From contig NC_042997.1 in assembly GCF_006345805.1 (NCBI RefSeq), positions 167,338,001 through 167,402,000 of the forward strand: a DNA stretch of 64,000 bases, in the 5' to 3' direction. Below are positions 1 through 11,263 of this stretch, one piece after another; position 1 is the first letter of the stretch; every line of letters begins with the position of its first letter. The DNA comes from Octopus sinensis. Its lineage: Eukaryota. A program made the position numbers and the translations under genes. The notes beneath the pieces are model-generated. The model saw nothing but the letters and a program-made list of their open reading frames with translations, had not been told where the DNA came from and did no database searches.

Positions 1-226
1 GCTGCACACGTCGTCTCGAGAAAAGAAATCGCCCTTATAGACAATGTAGCTTGCTATAGATAGCTGATGAAGCCTACCCATGCAGAGATGGGTGCGTCCT
101 GCATTCCAGTGATGTCATTCATGGCTTAGTGGTGTGGCCCTCGCCCATATTTCAATAGGAATTTCTTTTGTCGAGGTAACCTGTACACCAGGTTATATTT
201 CCATCTATATATAGCAGCACATAGCC

Positions 227-288
<62 letters not shown>

Positions 289-676
289 TGTGTGGTGTGA
301 GTGTGATGCGTGTGTGTGTGTGTGTGCGTGTGTGATCTGTGTTTAAAGCGTACTAAGCAGGTTGAATGATTCATATAGTTTTGTATATATATATATATAT
401 ATGTATCGTGTTCTCATGTTCGTATACATTCGAGCATGGAAAGCCGATACGCTGCACACGTCGTCTCGAGAAAAGAAATCGCCCTTATAGACAATGTAGC
501 TTGCTATAGATAGCTGATGAAGCCTACCCATGCAGAGATGGGTGCGTCCTGCATTCCAGTGATGTCATTCATGGCTTAGTGGTGTGGCCCTCGCCCATAT
601 TTCAATAGGAATTTCTTTTGTCGAGGTAACCTGTACACCAGGTTATATTTCCATCTATATATAGCAGCACATAGCC

Positions 677-738
<62 letters not shown>

Positions 739-1140
739 TGTGTGGTGTGAGTGTGATGCGTGTGTGTGTGTGTGTGCGTGTGTGATCTGTGTTTAAAGCG
801 TACTAAGCAGGTTGAATGATTCATATAGTTTTGTATATATATATATATATATGTATCGTGTTCTCATGTTCGTATACATTCGAGCATGGAAAGCCGATAC
901 GCTGCACACGTCGTCTCGAGAAAAGAAATCGCCCTTATAGACAATGTAGCTTGCTATAGATAGCTGATGAAGCCTACCCATGCAGAGATGGGTGCGTCCT
1001 GCATTCCAGTGATGTCATTCATGGCTTAGTGGTGTGCCCTCGCCCATATTGTCAATAGGAATTTCTTTTGTCGAGGTAACCTGTACACCAGGTTATATTT
1101 CCATCTATATATATGGCAGCACATAGCCATATATATATAT
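1..1140. repeat. Tandem repeat, 450-bp unit (two identical copies plus a partial third)
   Basis: GCTGCACACGTCGTCTCGAG starts at 1, 451 and 901. Copies 1 and 2 match base for base, including the irregular (TG)n tract. Copy 3 has small indels and runs into (TG)n near 1150. The array may continue upstream of the window. Confidence 0.95.
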
Positions 1141-1153
1141 ATATATATATATG

Positions 1154-1217
<64 letters not shown>

Positions 1218-1220
<3 letters not shown>

Positions 1221-1500
1221 GAGGCGCAATGGCCTAGTGGTTAGGGCAGCGGACTCGCGGTCGCAGGATCGCGGTTTCGATTCCCAGACCGGGCGTTGTG
1301 TGTTTATTGAGCGAAAACACTGAAAAGCTCCACGAGGCTCCGGCAGGGGGTGGTGATCCCTGCGGTACTCTTTCACCACTCTTTCTCCCACTCTTAGCCA
1401 GCGGGGTGGCGTCATTCGAAGGCTAAAACAATGCGAACGCATTGTGGCCAGCGATGTGTAACAACATCTGATGGTCTGGTCGATCACGTGATCACGTGAT
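1218..1500 (+). mobile_element. tRNA-derived SINE, family A with tail X
   Basis: Head GGAGGCGCAATGGCCTAGTGGTTAGG (A box) and GGTTTCGATTCC (B-box-like). The head recurs at 5955 and 7192. The tail ends GATCACGTGATCACGTGAT then (AT)n. Confidence 0.9.
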
Positions 1501-2503
1501 ATATGTATCTATATATATATATATATTATATATATATATATATATAATAGTGGTATATATAGGTAGTGGTATATATAATAGTGGTACAACAAGGCACTAA
1601 TGTTTACTGGAAATAGCAGGCGATAATTTTACGACGCTATAGTAAAGCTTCACTGTATATATTCTGGCAAAGATGTGTGCGGGCAGCGAACAAAAAAGAT
1701 TGCATTTTATCTCTAGGAAGAACATTAGATAAATGGACAACCCAGAATCGGATAATCTAGTACCTAGGTTTCGGACTCCACAAATACGCTTGTAAACTTG
1801 ATTAGTCATCTTCAGCTAGATTTACCTTTACATATTTCACAGGCAGAACTACCATGAAGCTATATGGAAAATGGCTTTATGTTTTGAGTACGCGTTATTA
1901 AAAAGGCCCAATACGGCCGAAAAGTAACTTGGGTTCTCGCAACTTGCCTTAGGGACGATTTTTCCTCTCCCTCAGATATATTGTGTATTCTTTAACACAG
2001 CACATCAATACGAAAACCGTAGTACGTTGCCTGTCAATTGTGTTTGTACGCTAAGTATGATACATACATATCTATTTTGATTTAACATTATGTACACCGA
2101 ATGCACATACATACATACATATATGCATATATACATGCATGCATGCATGCATACATACATACACACATACATACATACATACATATATATATACATATAT
2201 ACATACATGCAGATACACGCATGTTTGTGTGTGTATTTAGCATTACAATGAAACAAATAGAGTACATCATCTGTAGCATCTATATATATAGCTATTTTCT
2301 TTTTCCATTATCTGCAATAATAATGTACATGAAGTTTCGTACTGGCACCAACCGCTAAACCTTTCGAATTACCGTAGATTATTGGTTAATAAAATCCATT
2401 CAAACATTCGCATTCTCTCTATCTTACTTTCTTCCTCCCTCCCTCCCTCTCTCTCTGCCTCTCTCTATTTCTCCCTTTCATACGCACATGGCCAGATAGA
2501 TAG

Positions 2504-2557
<54 letters not shown>

Positions 2558-2558
<1 letters not shown>

Positions 2559-3810
2559 GTTTCTTTATTGGTCACACAGGGCTGCACACAGATGGGACAA
2601 ATTACAAGGTAGAGCTTTTCTTTTGGGGGATGAAAAAAAAAGTGGCGTAGGTTTTCGATCAAAAGGGATCGTAAAAAAAAAAAAAAAAAAGGAAAAAAAA
2701 GAAAAGAAAAAAGAAAAGAAAAAGAGGAAAAAGGGGGAAGAGGGGAAAAAACGATCAATAGAGATCGTGTATCACAGTGTCATGATGTACGGTGTAAAGG
2801 GGGAAGCAGATAAGGTTTATCCGTGGGAAGAAAAGCCTACGAAACAGACCACGGTAACCTCGGTTAATACTGTTATATGTTACCACATTTGTTTGCAAGT
2901 GGGTAACCCTGTTTTCAATTTCCGGGTTCATAGGATTATGCTCATGGGGCTTCGTCATTCATACGTGCCATCCTTGCTACATTCACCCATCTTTTTTTAA
3001 AACATTCGCTAAACAAAACTTGCCTCTCTATTCTCACTTTCCTTTTCAAGTGGTACTTGAAGAAGTTGATGAGAGATTGACCAGAGAGGAAAGTGTTTGT
3101 CTCCAATCCTTTCAGACGCGTCCACCAGATACATTCTTTTGCCATAGCCACAAGAATGATGAAAATAGCTCTTCCTTCCCGTTTGAAGGAAGGAGGCGTG
3201 ACAATATTGACTCGTCCCACACGTGACAGCAGTTCTTCGACATAAACCCACAGGTCGGAAATTGTTGGACACTGCACGAGTGCGTGCAGAACGGTTTCGT
3301 TGCTCTGACCGCATCTCAGGCAGGTCGGCCCCGTGTTTCCCGAGCCGTGTCTGTAGAGCTTATCCCGAACGGGTAGCGCTTCTCGGTAGCACTGCCAGGC
3401 CAGGGACCTCTGGAAGTTGTCCATGGGCCCTGGCCCGAAAGCCGTCCCGAACAGGCGGGTCAGGTATTCCTCGTCGACGTCCAGTTTCGCCCCGAGCTCG
3501 TCGTCGTACCTCCCCTCCACTAATCCCCTATAGAATGCTTGGGTTGTGATGGAGTCACTCAGGGTCGACCCGGGACGGCCGAGTTGCTTGAGAGCAACGC
3601 GACACTCGCGGTGCCATTCGCTCTTCCTCGGCCTCTTTTTGATCCACGACTGCAGTTCGGTCATGGAGACTAGCTGCGGGAAAGCGTGCCTCACAAATGG
3701 TGACCACACCTGTTCACCGTCGTCTACGAAGAGCCTGAGATGTCGCAGTCTCAGCGCGTGTCTGCGCATCATCAACCACGGCATGCCCAGTCCTCCTTTT
3801 AACGGGTGTT
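2558..3810 (-). mobile_element. 5'-truncated Tx1/L1-type LINE (ORF2 C-terminus plus 3' UTR)
   Basis: The open frame 3810-2942 has KGGLGMP and a zf-RVT-like motif (LAWQCYREALPV...CLRCGQSNETVLHALVQC). AATAAA at 2569-2564 lies just before the (TATC)n tail. (GATA)n tracts flank both ends (2495-2557 and 3811-3883). Confidence 0.88.
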
Positions 3811-3883
<73 letters not shown>

Positions 3884-3894
3884 GGTCACATATT

Positions 3895-4109
3895 CTCTTT
3901 TACTCTTCTACTTGTTTCAGTCGTTTGACTGTGGCCATGCTGGAGCGCCGCATTTAGTCGAACAAATCAACCCCAAGACTTTTTCTTTGTAAGCCTAGTA
4001 CTATCGGTCTCTTTTGCCGAGCCGCTAAGTTACCGGGACGTAAACACACCAGCATCAGTTGTCAAGCGATGTTGGGGGGACAAACAGACATACAAACATA
4101 TACACACAC

Positions 4110-4155
<46 letters not shown>

Positions 4156-4311
4156 TACGGGCTTCTTTCAGTTTCCGTCTACCAAATCCACTCACAAGGC
4201 TTTGGTCGGCCCGAGGCTATAGTAGAAGACACTTGCCCAAGGTGCCACGCAGTGGGTCTGAACCCGGAACCGTGTGGTTCGTAATCAAGCTACATACCAC
4301 ACAGCTACTCC
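3895..4311 (-). mobile_element. tRNA-derived SINE, family B (internal TA/TG microsatellite)
   Basis: Reverse complement of the family seen at 15533 and 41225, with a CORE-like GTGGCACCTTGGGCAAGTGTCTT and the ...GACTGAAACAAGTA(AAAGAGT)n tail. Confidence 0.9.
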
Positions 4312-4839
4312 TATACTTTTCTACTCTAGGCACAAGGCCCCACATAGATGTAATATAGTGAGCTGAAAAACTTTAGTCAACTGACTTTATCCAAATAATT
4401 AGCAAACAAATTTTTCCTTCTATATTGAGTGCCATATCTCAAAATATCAAACAAGAAACCCAGTTGATCGATATTTTTTTGCATCTTGCCGACAGCGCAG
4501 ATTGATATGGATCTGATGATAAAACAAACTGGTAAAAATAATGGCAAGATCTTCTATTAGAATTTAGTAGCAAAATATGTACGAATGTATTTTCTTTTGT
4601 AGAATTCTATGAAAGGAATATACGATTAGCTAAGAACAATATCAAATTCTATGATGGTACATAGTTTACGTGACTTAAAAACAAGCAAGGGAAACAAGTC
4701 CGATAAGATCAGCTAACTGTTTGTCTGTGTCTCTTCCCACCCCCTCTCTCTTTTCTTCCTTCCCTCTCTCCCCATCTTTCTTCTTTCTCTTCTCTTTCTC
4801 TCTCTCTCTCCCCTCTCTCTCAGTATGCAAATAGGTAGA

Positions 4840-4848
4840 TTAATATGG

Positions 4849-4887
<39 letters not shown>

Positions 4888-4934
4888 TTAGATAGATAGG
4901 TTCATTAAACATCGATATTCATACACATGTGAAC

Positions 4935-4967
<33 letters not shown>

Positions 4968-5059
4968 ATATTATATATATATATATATATGCATCACGTG
5001 ATCACCGCTTTTAGTCTTCGAATGACGCAACCCGCTAGTATATGTATATATATTTAAAA

Positions 5060-5122
<63 letters not shown>

Positions 5123-5152
5123 GATACATACATACATACATATATACATACA

Positions 5153-5218
<66 letters not shown>

Positions 5219-5440
5219 CATACATACATACATACATACATACATACATACATACATTTATACATAAATACATGTATATCTGAAGTAATGGATGGGTGTA
5301 CGTGTATATATGTGCGTGTGTACGTGTTCATGTGTGTCTGTGTGTGCGCGCGTGTGTGTTTGTGTGTGTGCGTGCATGTGTGTTTGTTTGCATGCGTGAG
5401 TATGTTTGTGTGTGCGTGTGCGTGTGTGTATGTGTGTGTG

Positions 5441-5472
<32 letters not shown>

Positions 5473-5490
5473 CGTGTGTGTAACTGTGTG
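4840..5490. repeat. Compound microsatellite block (GATA)n/(TA)n/(TACA)n/(TG)n, with a short family A tail-X fragment at 4991-5039 (minus)
   Basis: Read directly. 4991-5039 is the reverse complement of the tail at 1397-1500 with an internal deletion. Confidence 0.9.
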
Positions 5491-5954
5491 TATCCATACA
5501 TTTATTGTTTCGTGAGTGTTTTGAATGTGTATAAGTTAGTAAGCATTCCTGTGAGAGCCAGCTGTCTGAATGAAGTTACACGATAGTAAAATTTGAACCC
5601 GCTCACCAGACACCCTGTCATTGAGAACGACAGCAAAGTATTGCGTTCGAAACAGCAAGGTAGGAGGGGATGGATATAATTCATACTCATATTTCTCACC
5701 CCACTTTTTTTTTCCTTTACCTTATATTGTTCACCGATTATACTGTCTAATTGTTGTTATTATTATCATTGCTTTTGATGTTGTTTCGAACGAACTCGCC
5801 GGACCTCTTTGTTGCTTCATTATTCTCCATTTTGTTGTTGTCACTCGCCGTCGCTGTTGTCTATTTTGTCTTATTTATGAGCTTCCAGTTTTATTGTAGT
5901 TGTTGGTTAGACATCACTGTTGTCTTCCTTGATGTCTCTGTTGTTCTTATCGCC

Positions 5955-6340
5955 GTGGAGGCGCAATGGCCCAGTGGTTAGGGCAGCGGACTCGCGGTCG
6001 TAGGATCGCGGTTTCGATTCCCAGACCGAGCATTGTGAGTGTTTATTGAGCGAAAACACCTGAAGCTTCACAAGGCTCCTGCAGGGGGTGGTGGTGAACC
6101 CTGCTGTACTCTTTCACCACATCTTTCTCTCACTCTTTCTTCCTGTTCCTGTTTCTGTTGTACCTGTATTTCAAAGGGCCAGCCTTGTCATACTCTGTGT
6201 CACGCTGAATCTCCTCGAGAACTACGTTAAGGATACACGTGTCTGTGAAATGCTCAGCTACTTGCACGTTAATTCCACGAGCAAGCTGTTCCGTTGATCG
6301 TATCAGCTGGGACCCTAATCGTCGTAACCGACGGAGTGCT
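5955..6340 (+). mobile_element. tRNA-derived SINE, family A with tail Y
   Basis: Same head and first body segment as 1218, but a different 3' half ending ...GTCGTAACCGACGGAGTGC, which is shared with the copy at 7192. Confidence 0.9.
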
Positions 6341-6525
6341 CCTATTATATATTCTTATCTCCGTTGTTATCTTTTTCGTTTATTGTTGCCGTTGTTTTCT
6401 TTGTATATATTATTATTATTATTTATTCTGTTGTAAGGTTTGTTTTATTTCTTCGCGTTGTTAATTCTTCGTGAGTTTATTTCATGTCGTTCTTGTTGCT
6501 GTAGCTGATGATATTGTATAATTAT

Positions 6526-7128
6526 AAGGCGGCGAGCTGGCAGAAACGTTAGCTCGCCGGGCGAAATGCTTAGCAGTATTTCGTCTGCCGCTACGTTCTG
6601 TGTTCAAATTCCGCCGAGGTCGACTTAGCCTTTCATCCTTTCGGGGTCGATTAAATTAGTACCAGTTACACACTAGGGTCAATATAATCGACTTAATCCG
6701 TTTGTCTGTCCTTGTTTGTTCTCTCTGTATTTAGCCCCTTGTGGGTAGTAAAGAAATAGGTATTTCGTCTGCCGTTACGTTCTGAGTTCAAATTCCGCCG
6801 AGGTCGACTTTACCTTTCATCCTTTCGGGGTCGATTAAATTAGTACCAGTTACACACTAGAGTCGATATAATCGACTTAATCCGTTTGTCGGTCCTTATT
6901 TGTTCTCTCTGTATTTAGCCCCTTGTGGGTAGTAAAGAAATAAGTATTTCGTCTGCCGTTACATTCTGAGTTCAAATTCCGCCGAGGTCGACTTTGCCGT
7001 TCATCCTTTCGGGGTCGATTAAATTAGTACCGGTAACGCACTGGGGTCGATATAATCGACTTAATCCGTTTGTCGGTCCTTGTTTGTTCTCTCTGTGTTT
7101 AGCCCCTTGTGGGTAGTAAAGAAATAAG
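6526..7128 (+). mobile_element. SINE family C trimer with TSD
   Basis: Head AAGGCGGCGAGCTGGCAG, then three units of about 178 bp joined at GAAATA(G/A)GTATTTCG. Flanks TATTGTATAATTAT (6512-6525) and TATTATATAATTAT (7129-7142) match at 13 of 14 positions. Confidence 0.9.
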
Positions 7129-7191
7129 TATTATATAATTATTATAGCTGGGATTGTTATTCTCATTGCTGCTCTTGTTAATATTGTTCTA

Positions 7192-7555
7192 GTGGAGGCG
7201 CAATGGCCCAGTAGTTAGGGCAGCGGACTCGCGGTCATAGGATCGCGGCTTCGATTCCCAGACCGGACATTGTGAGTGTTTATTGAGCGAAAACACCTAA
7301 AAGCTCCACGAGGCTCCCGCAGGGATGGTGGTGATCCCTGCTGTACTCTTTCACCACAACTTTCTCTCACTCTTACTTCCTGTTTCTGTTGTACCTGTAT
7401 TTCAAAGGGCCGGCCTTGTCACTCTCTGTGTCACACTGAATATCCCCGTGTCTGTGGAGTGCTCAGCCACTCACACGTTAATTTCACGAGCAGGCTGTTC
7501 CGTTGATTCGAATCAACCGGAACCCTCGTCGTCGTAACCGACAGAGTGCTTCCAT
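7192..7555 (+). mobile_element. tRNA-derived SINE, family A with tail Y
   Basis: Collinear with 5955-6340. Confidence 0.9.
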
Positions 7556-7859
7556 CCAATATTGTTCTGCTCAAGGTCAAACCTAATTGTGCAGAGCTGG
7601 GATTAAGCGTTTGTCTTGTCTTCATCATCTCTTTGGTTTTTTTGAAGAAATTTAGCTACTATTTCCATTAGTTCTAGCGACTACTTAAAAGACTCTCTCT
7701 CTCTTTCTTTTTCCCTCTCTCTCTCCCTCTCTCTCACTCACTCACTCACTCACTCACTCTCTCTCCCTCTTTCCCCTCCCCCTTAGTCTATTAAAGAACA
7801 GTAATTAATTAGTCTTATTGTAATTCGAGCTGTAGTTGCGTTATGCTGTTGATGTTTGT

Positions 7860-7879
7860 TTCGCTGTTATTGTTATTTT

Positions 7880-7936
<57 letters not shown>

Positions 7937-8230
7937 CTTCTTCTTCTTCTTCTTCTTCTTCTTGCTGCTATTATTGTTGTAGTTGTTATTAATGATGACG
8001 ACGATGGTGACGATGATGATGGCAGTCGTTGTGGCAGTTGTGGTGGCGGTCGCGGTGACGGTCGTGGTCGCAGTGGTGGTGGTGGTGGCGGTCGTGGAGA
8101 TGATGATGATGATGATGATGATTATGAAGATGATGATGATGATTATGAAGATGATGACGACGACGATGATCATGATCATCATGATCATGATGATCATCAT
8201 GATCATCATGATAGTATTGCTGTTGTTGAT
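7860..8230. repeat. Trinucleotide mosaic (GTT)n/(CTT)n/(GGT)n/(GAT)n
   Basis: Read directly; explains the poly-V/L/D/M ORFs. Confidence 0.95.
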
Positions 8231-9857
8231 AAATATGCTGTTGTTTCTACATTTGTCATGCATTAGACAACAAGTAGTATCGTATATCAGATGTATGTTG
8301 GGGAATTTGACCGAGTGACGGCAGAGGAGAGAAAGATCGTTTGCAGATGTTAGGTTTGTGTTACGTTCAGACTATCATATGATTAGATGCACGACTGCCT
8401 GATCTTCAATTTTCATAACTCTTAATTCTCGCTATATTCTTTTATCACTCTACTAACTCAATACCCGTCAAACATAACGGAGTATATTTCTGTCTCATTT
8501 TTGTAATTCATAATTTTACTACTTGAGGCCCTGCTCAAGTTTTGTACATATGTTCCATTTCGTCTTCATTCAGTTATTCTTTTCGTCTTAATTCTGCCTT
8601 ACTACAGTTACTCCTACTTGGGTTTTTTTTTTGTTTTGTTTTTGTCATTTGGCAGTACTACCCTCTAATTGACATCGAGCATTGATTTCTTCGATAACGT
8701 GCACCCATCTCACTCTCTCTCTCTCTCTTTCTTCCTTCGTGATACTTCATTTTCTCTCATCCATTGCTCACCACAAATGTTCTTACTCCTTTCGTACTAT
8801 TTCTTTTGCCTATTTAGTAACACTGCTATTCTCATTTTTTCTCTCTCTACTCGCGCTATTCCTTCCTCTCTTAGTCTTTCGTTTGTTTCACTGTCTGCTC
8901 CCTTGACTGCTTTTCTTACCATATTTCTTTTCACTAGCTACTGGGTCCTTGCCAATCTGTCAATTTGCCACCTGTCTATTTATTTATGCCATCCACCACT
9001 CTTTTGTAATACACTCTTACTATCTACCTCCACCTCTCTCTCTCTCTCATTCTCTCTCTTTTTCTGTCTCTCTTATGCGTGCTCGCTTAGCAGAAACACT
9101 AGTTTCTCTTTTCTTGTTCCTATACATGGAAGACAGATGAAAATCAGTAAAAAGAACATGCGATTTGACATTTCATAATACTAATTTTATTTATATTTGG
9201 TAGAGATATCAGACTGTAAATTTGAAGACGTTTACTAAGTGGCTAAAAAGCCTTAATTTGCCTAATAATTTTTCAGTCAGACTAATAACATATTTACAAA
9301 TAAAACCGTAGATTTATTAGCCATAACCCACATTGTATTGCTACTCAAATAATTGTTGTCCGACAGAAAACATAGTGTTGTTATGTATATTAGCTTAAAT
9401 CTAAGCGTATAACAGTTTCATTTTAATAAATAACTTTCAGTTATGTTCAGTAATTTGGTGGGTGAGGAGATAATCGTAAATCTTGATGAATTGTTGAATA
9501 AGCGCTCGGTTTGATCCACAGCCTATGTTCTAGAAAATGACCGTTGTAAGCCTAATTTAAGAGCGAAACTAAACACACGTGTGTTTGAACCAGTATATGT
9601 TTACGTAATGACGAAACGAATAGGAAGAGTCTATAGTGGTTGAAGATGTCAGAGATGTTTGACGAAAGCTTTCTGGACAATGGACATGAGTTAAAATAAT
9701 AATATAAGAACAGTAATAAACGAGTAAAGAAACAAATATATAGTGCGTGTGTTTATTTGGCAAAAAAAGAGAAAAATGACTGTCTTGAAATACAACAATA
9801 TCTGTTTAAACACAAGATTTTACATTAGGAACCTTGCAAAACGAATTGATATAAAAT

Positions 9858-10151
9858 GAACTCTCCCGTCGTTAGACGACGTTCGAGGGTTCGACAATTT
9901 CTTACTGAAGAACCACACATGATTTGTTTATAGTAATCAAATGTTTGTGTAGACATAAGCTCACTCCCTCCATCAAATCGACATTACCTGTACAGGTGCA
10001 ACTGGATTCCACATGTCAGATCTCAAAATGATCGCAGAGCAACGTGAAATGAAGCAATTTGTTCAAGAACACAACGCAACGCTCGGTCTGGGAATCGAAA
10101 GCACACTTTCGCAATCGTGAGTGCAACACCCTAACCACTAAGCCATGCACC
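9858..10151 (-). mobile_element. tRNA-derived SINE, family D (head related to family A, different tail)
   Basis: The minus strand reads GGTGCATGGCTTAGTGGTTAGGG...TTTCGATTCCCAGACCGAGCG, then TGTGTTCTTGAACAA, and ends GTCGTCTAACGACGGGAGAGT. Confidence 0.75.
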
Positions 10152-10430
10152 TATGTATACATATAGTTGAAATTAATAGAAAATTTCAACATGTATGTAT
10201 ATATATGTGTGTGTGTGCGTGTGTGTATACATATATACATATTATGTATGTATGTATATACGTATGTATCTATGTTTGTATGGATATATACATATATATT
10301 TATGTATATATATATTTATATATATATATAAATATATGTATATATAGATAGATACATACATACATATCTACATATATGTATTCATTTATCTTCTCTTCAT
10401 ATCTATAATTTTATCTATGAATGTGGTGCG

Positions 10431-10487
<57 letters not shown>

Positions 10488-10668
10488 ATAGGTGTGTCTG
10501 TATATCAGGCTATCTGTTTATTGATTTATCCGTTGTTGTTTAATCCGGGTCTGTCCCGCTAGAGCAGATTGAAAATGAAAGTCATTCCGCCCATACCCAT
10601 TCCATTCTTTTAGATTTATACTCACGGTTAAATTACCCAATGCCTCTTTAACCCACTCCTCCAAGTGA

Positions 10669-10796
10669 TTATGTGCTCGGTTTGAATGAAAGTTGGTTCG
10701 GATTTCTAGTAGCTCGTATTTCCAGTAGATCATGCAGAAACTCATTTATGTTAATCATTGCTATTTCGTGCCAGTGTATCACATTGTCTTCCAACC
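10669..10796 (-). CDS. Candidate terminal coding exon of an unidentified host gene
   Basis: Acceptor ATTCTATTTCAG|GG, a phase-1 open frame LEDNVIHWHEIAMININEFLHDLLEIRATRNPNQLSFKPST, then TAA. No family recognised; could be chance. Confidence 0.3.
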
Positions 10797-11203
10797 CTGA
10801 AATAGAATGCATCCTCATTATCGACTTACAGTTCTTTTCTCAACTTGATACTAAATAAGATATCTCCCATTTCGTGTATTAAAATGACATTTACCTTCTT
10901 GTGTTTTTTCTTTTCTTTTTTTTTCATTTTAAGGACTATATGATACTGTTATTGCAGCATATCCAATTTTCATCGTTGACACTCGGGTAAGATGACTACA
11001 AGCAAGACGTTCTCCGGTATAACATGCGATAACTAACCGTTTACCATCATTAAAGAATGTGTCCTCTAATAACGCATGTCTATAAGATTTTCTTTACTAT
11101 TTTACATCTACTTTTTTTTATGGCATGATATGTTGGTTGTGCAAACTTGAATATGTTTGTTTCACATGTTGGAGGTGAATTCTTATTTCATTACAAACCT
11201 TAC

Positions 11204-11263
11204 AATAATGTAAACAGAAATGTTTTTGGAGGTGGGTGAGAGGTTCTCGGTAAGGGTACAGAC
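11204..11263 (-). CDS. Candidate 60-nt internal exon, phase-compatible with 10669-10796
   Basis: Acceptor CTACCTTTCATCAG|GT and donor TATT|GTAAGG; encodes (G)LYPYREPLTHLQKHFCLHY(W). Confidence 0.25.

Noticed and set aside
1218-1295. tRNA gene at the SINE heads
   Set aside because: The anticodon and acceptor stems do not pair properly and the head runs into a repeated SINE body, so it is tRNA-derived rather than a tRNA.
6526-7128. CRISPR-like or satellite array
   Set aside because: The units are about 178-bp SINE bodies without unique spacers, the context is eukaryotic, and a TSD flanks the block.
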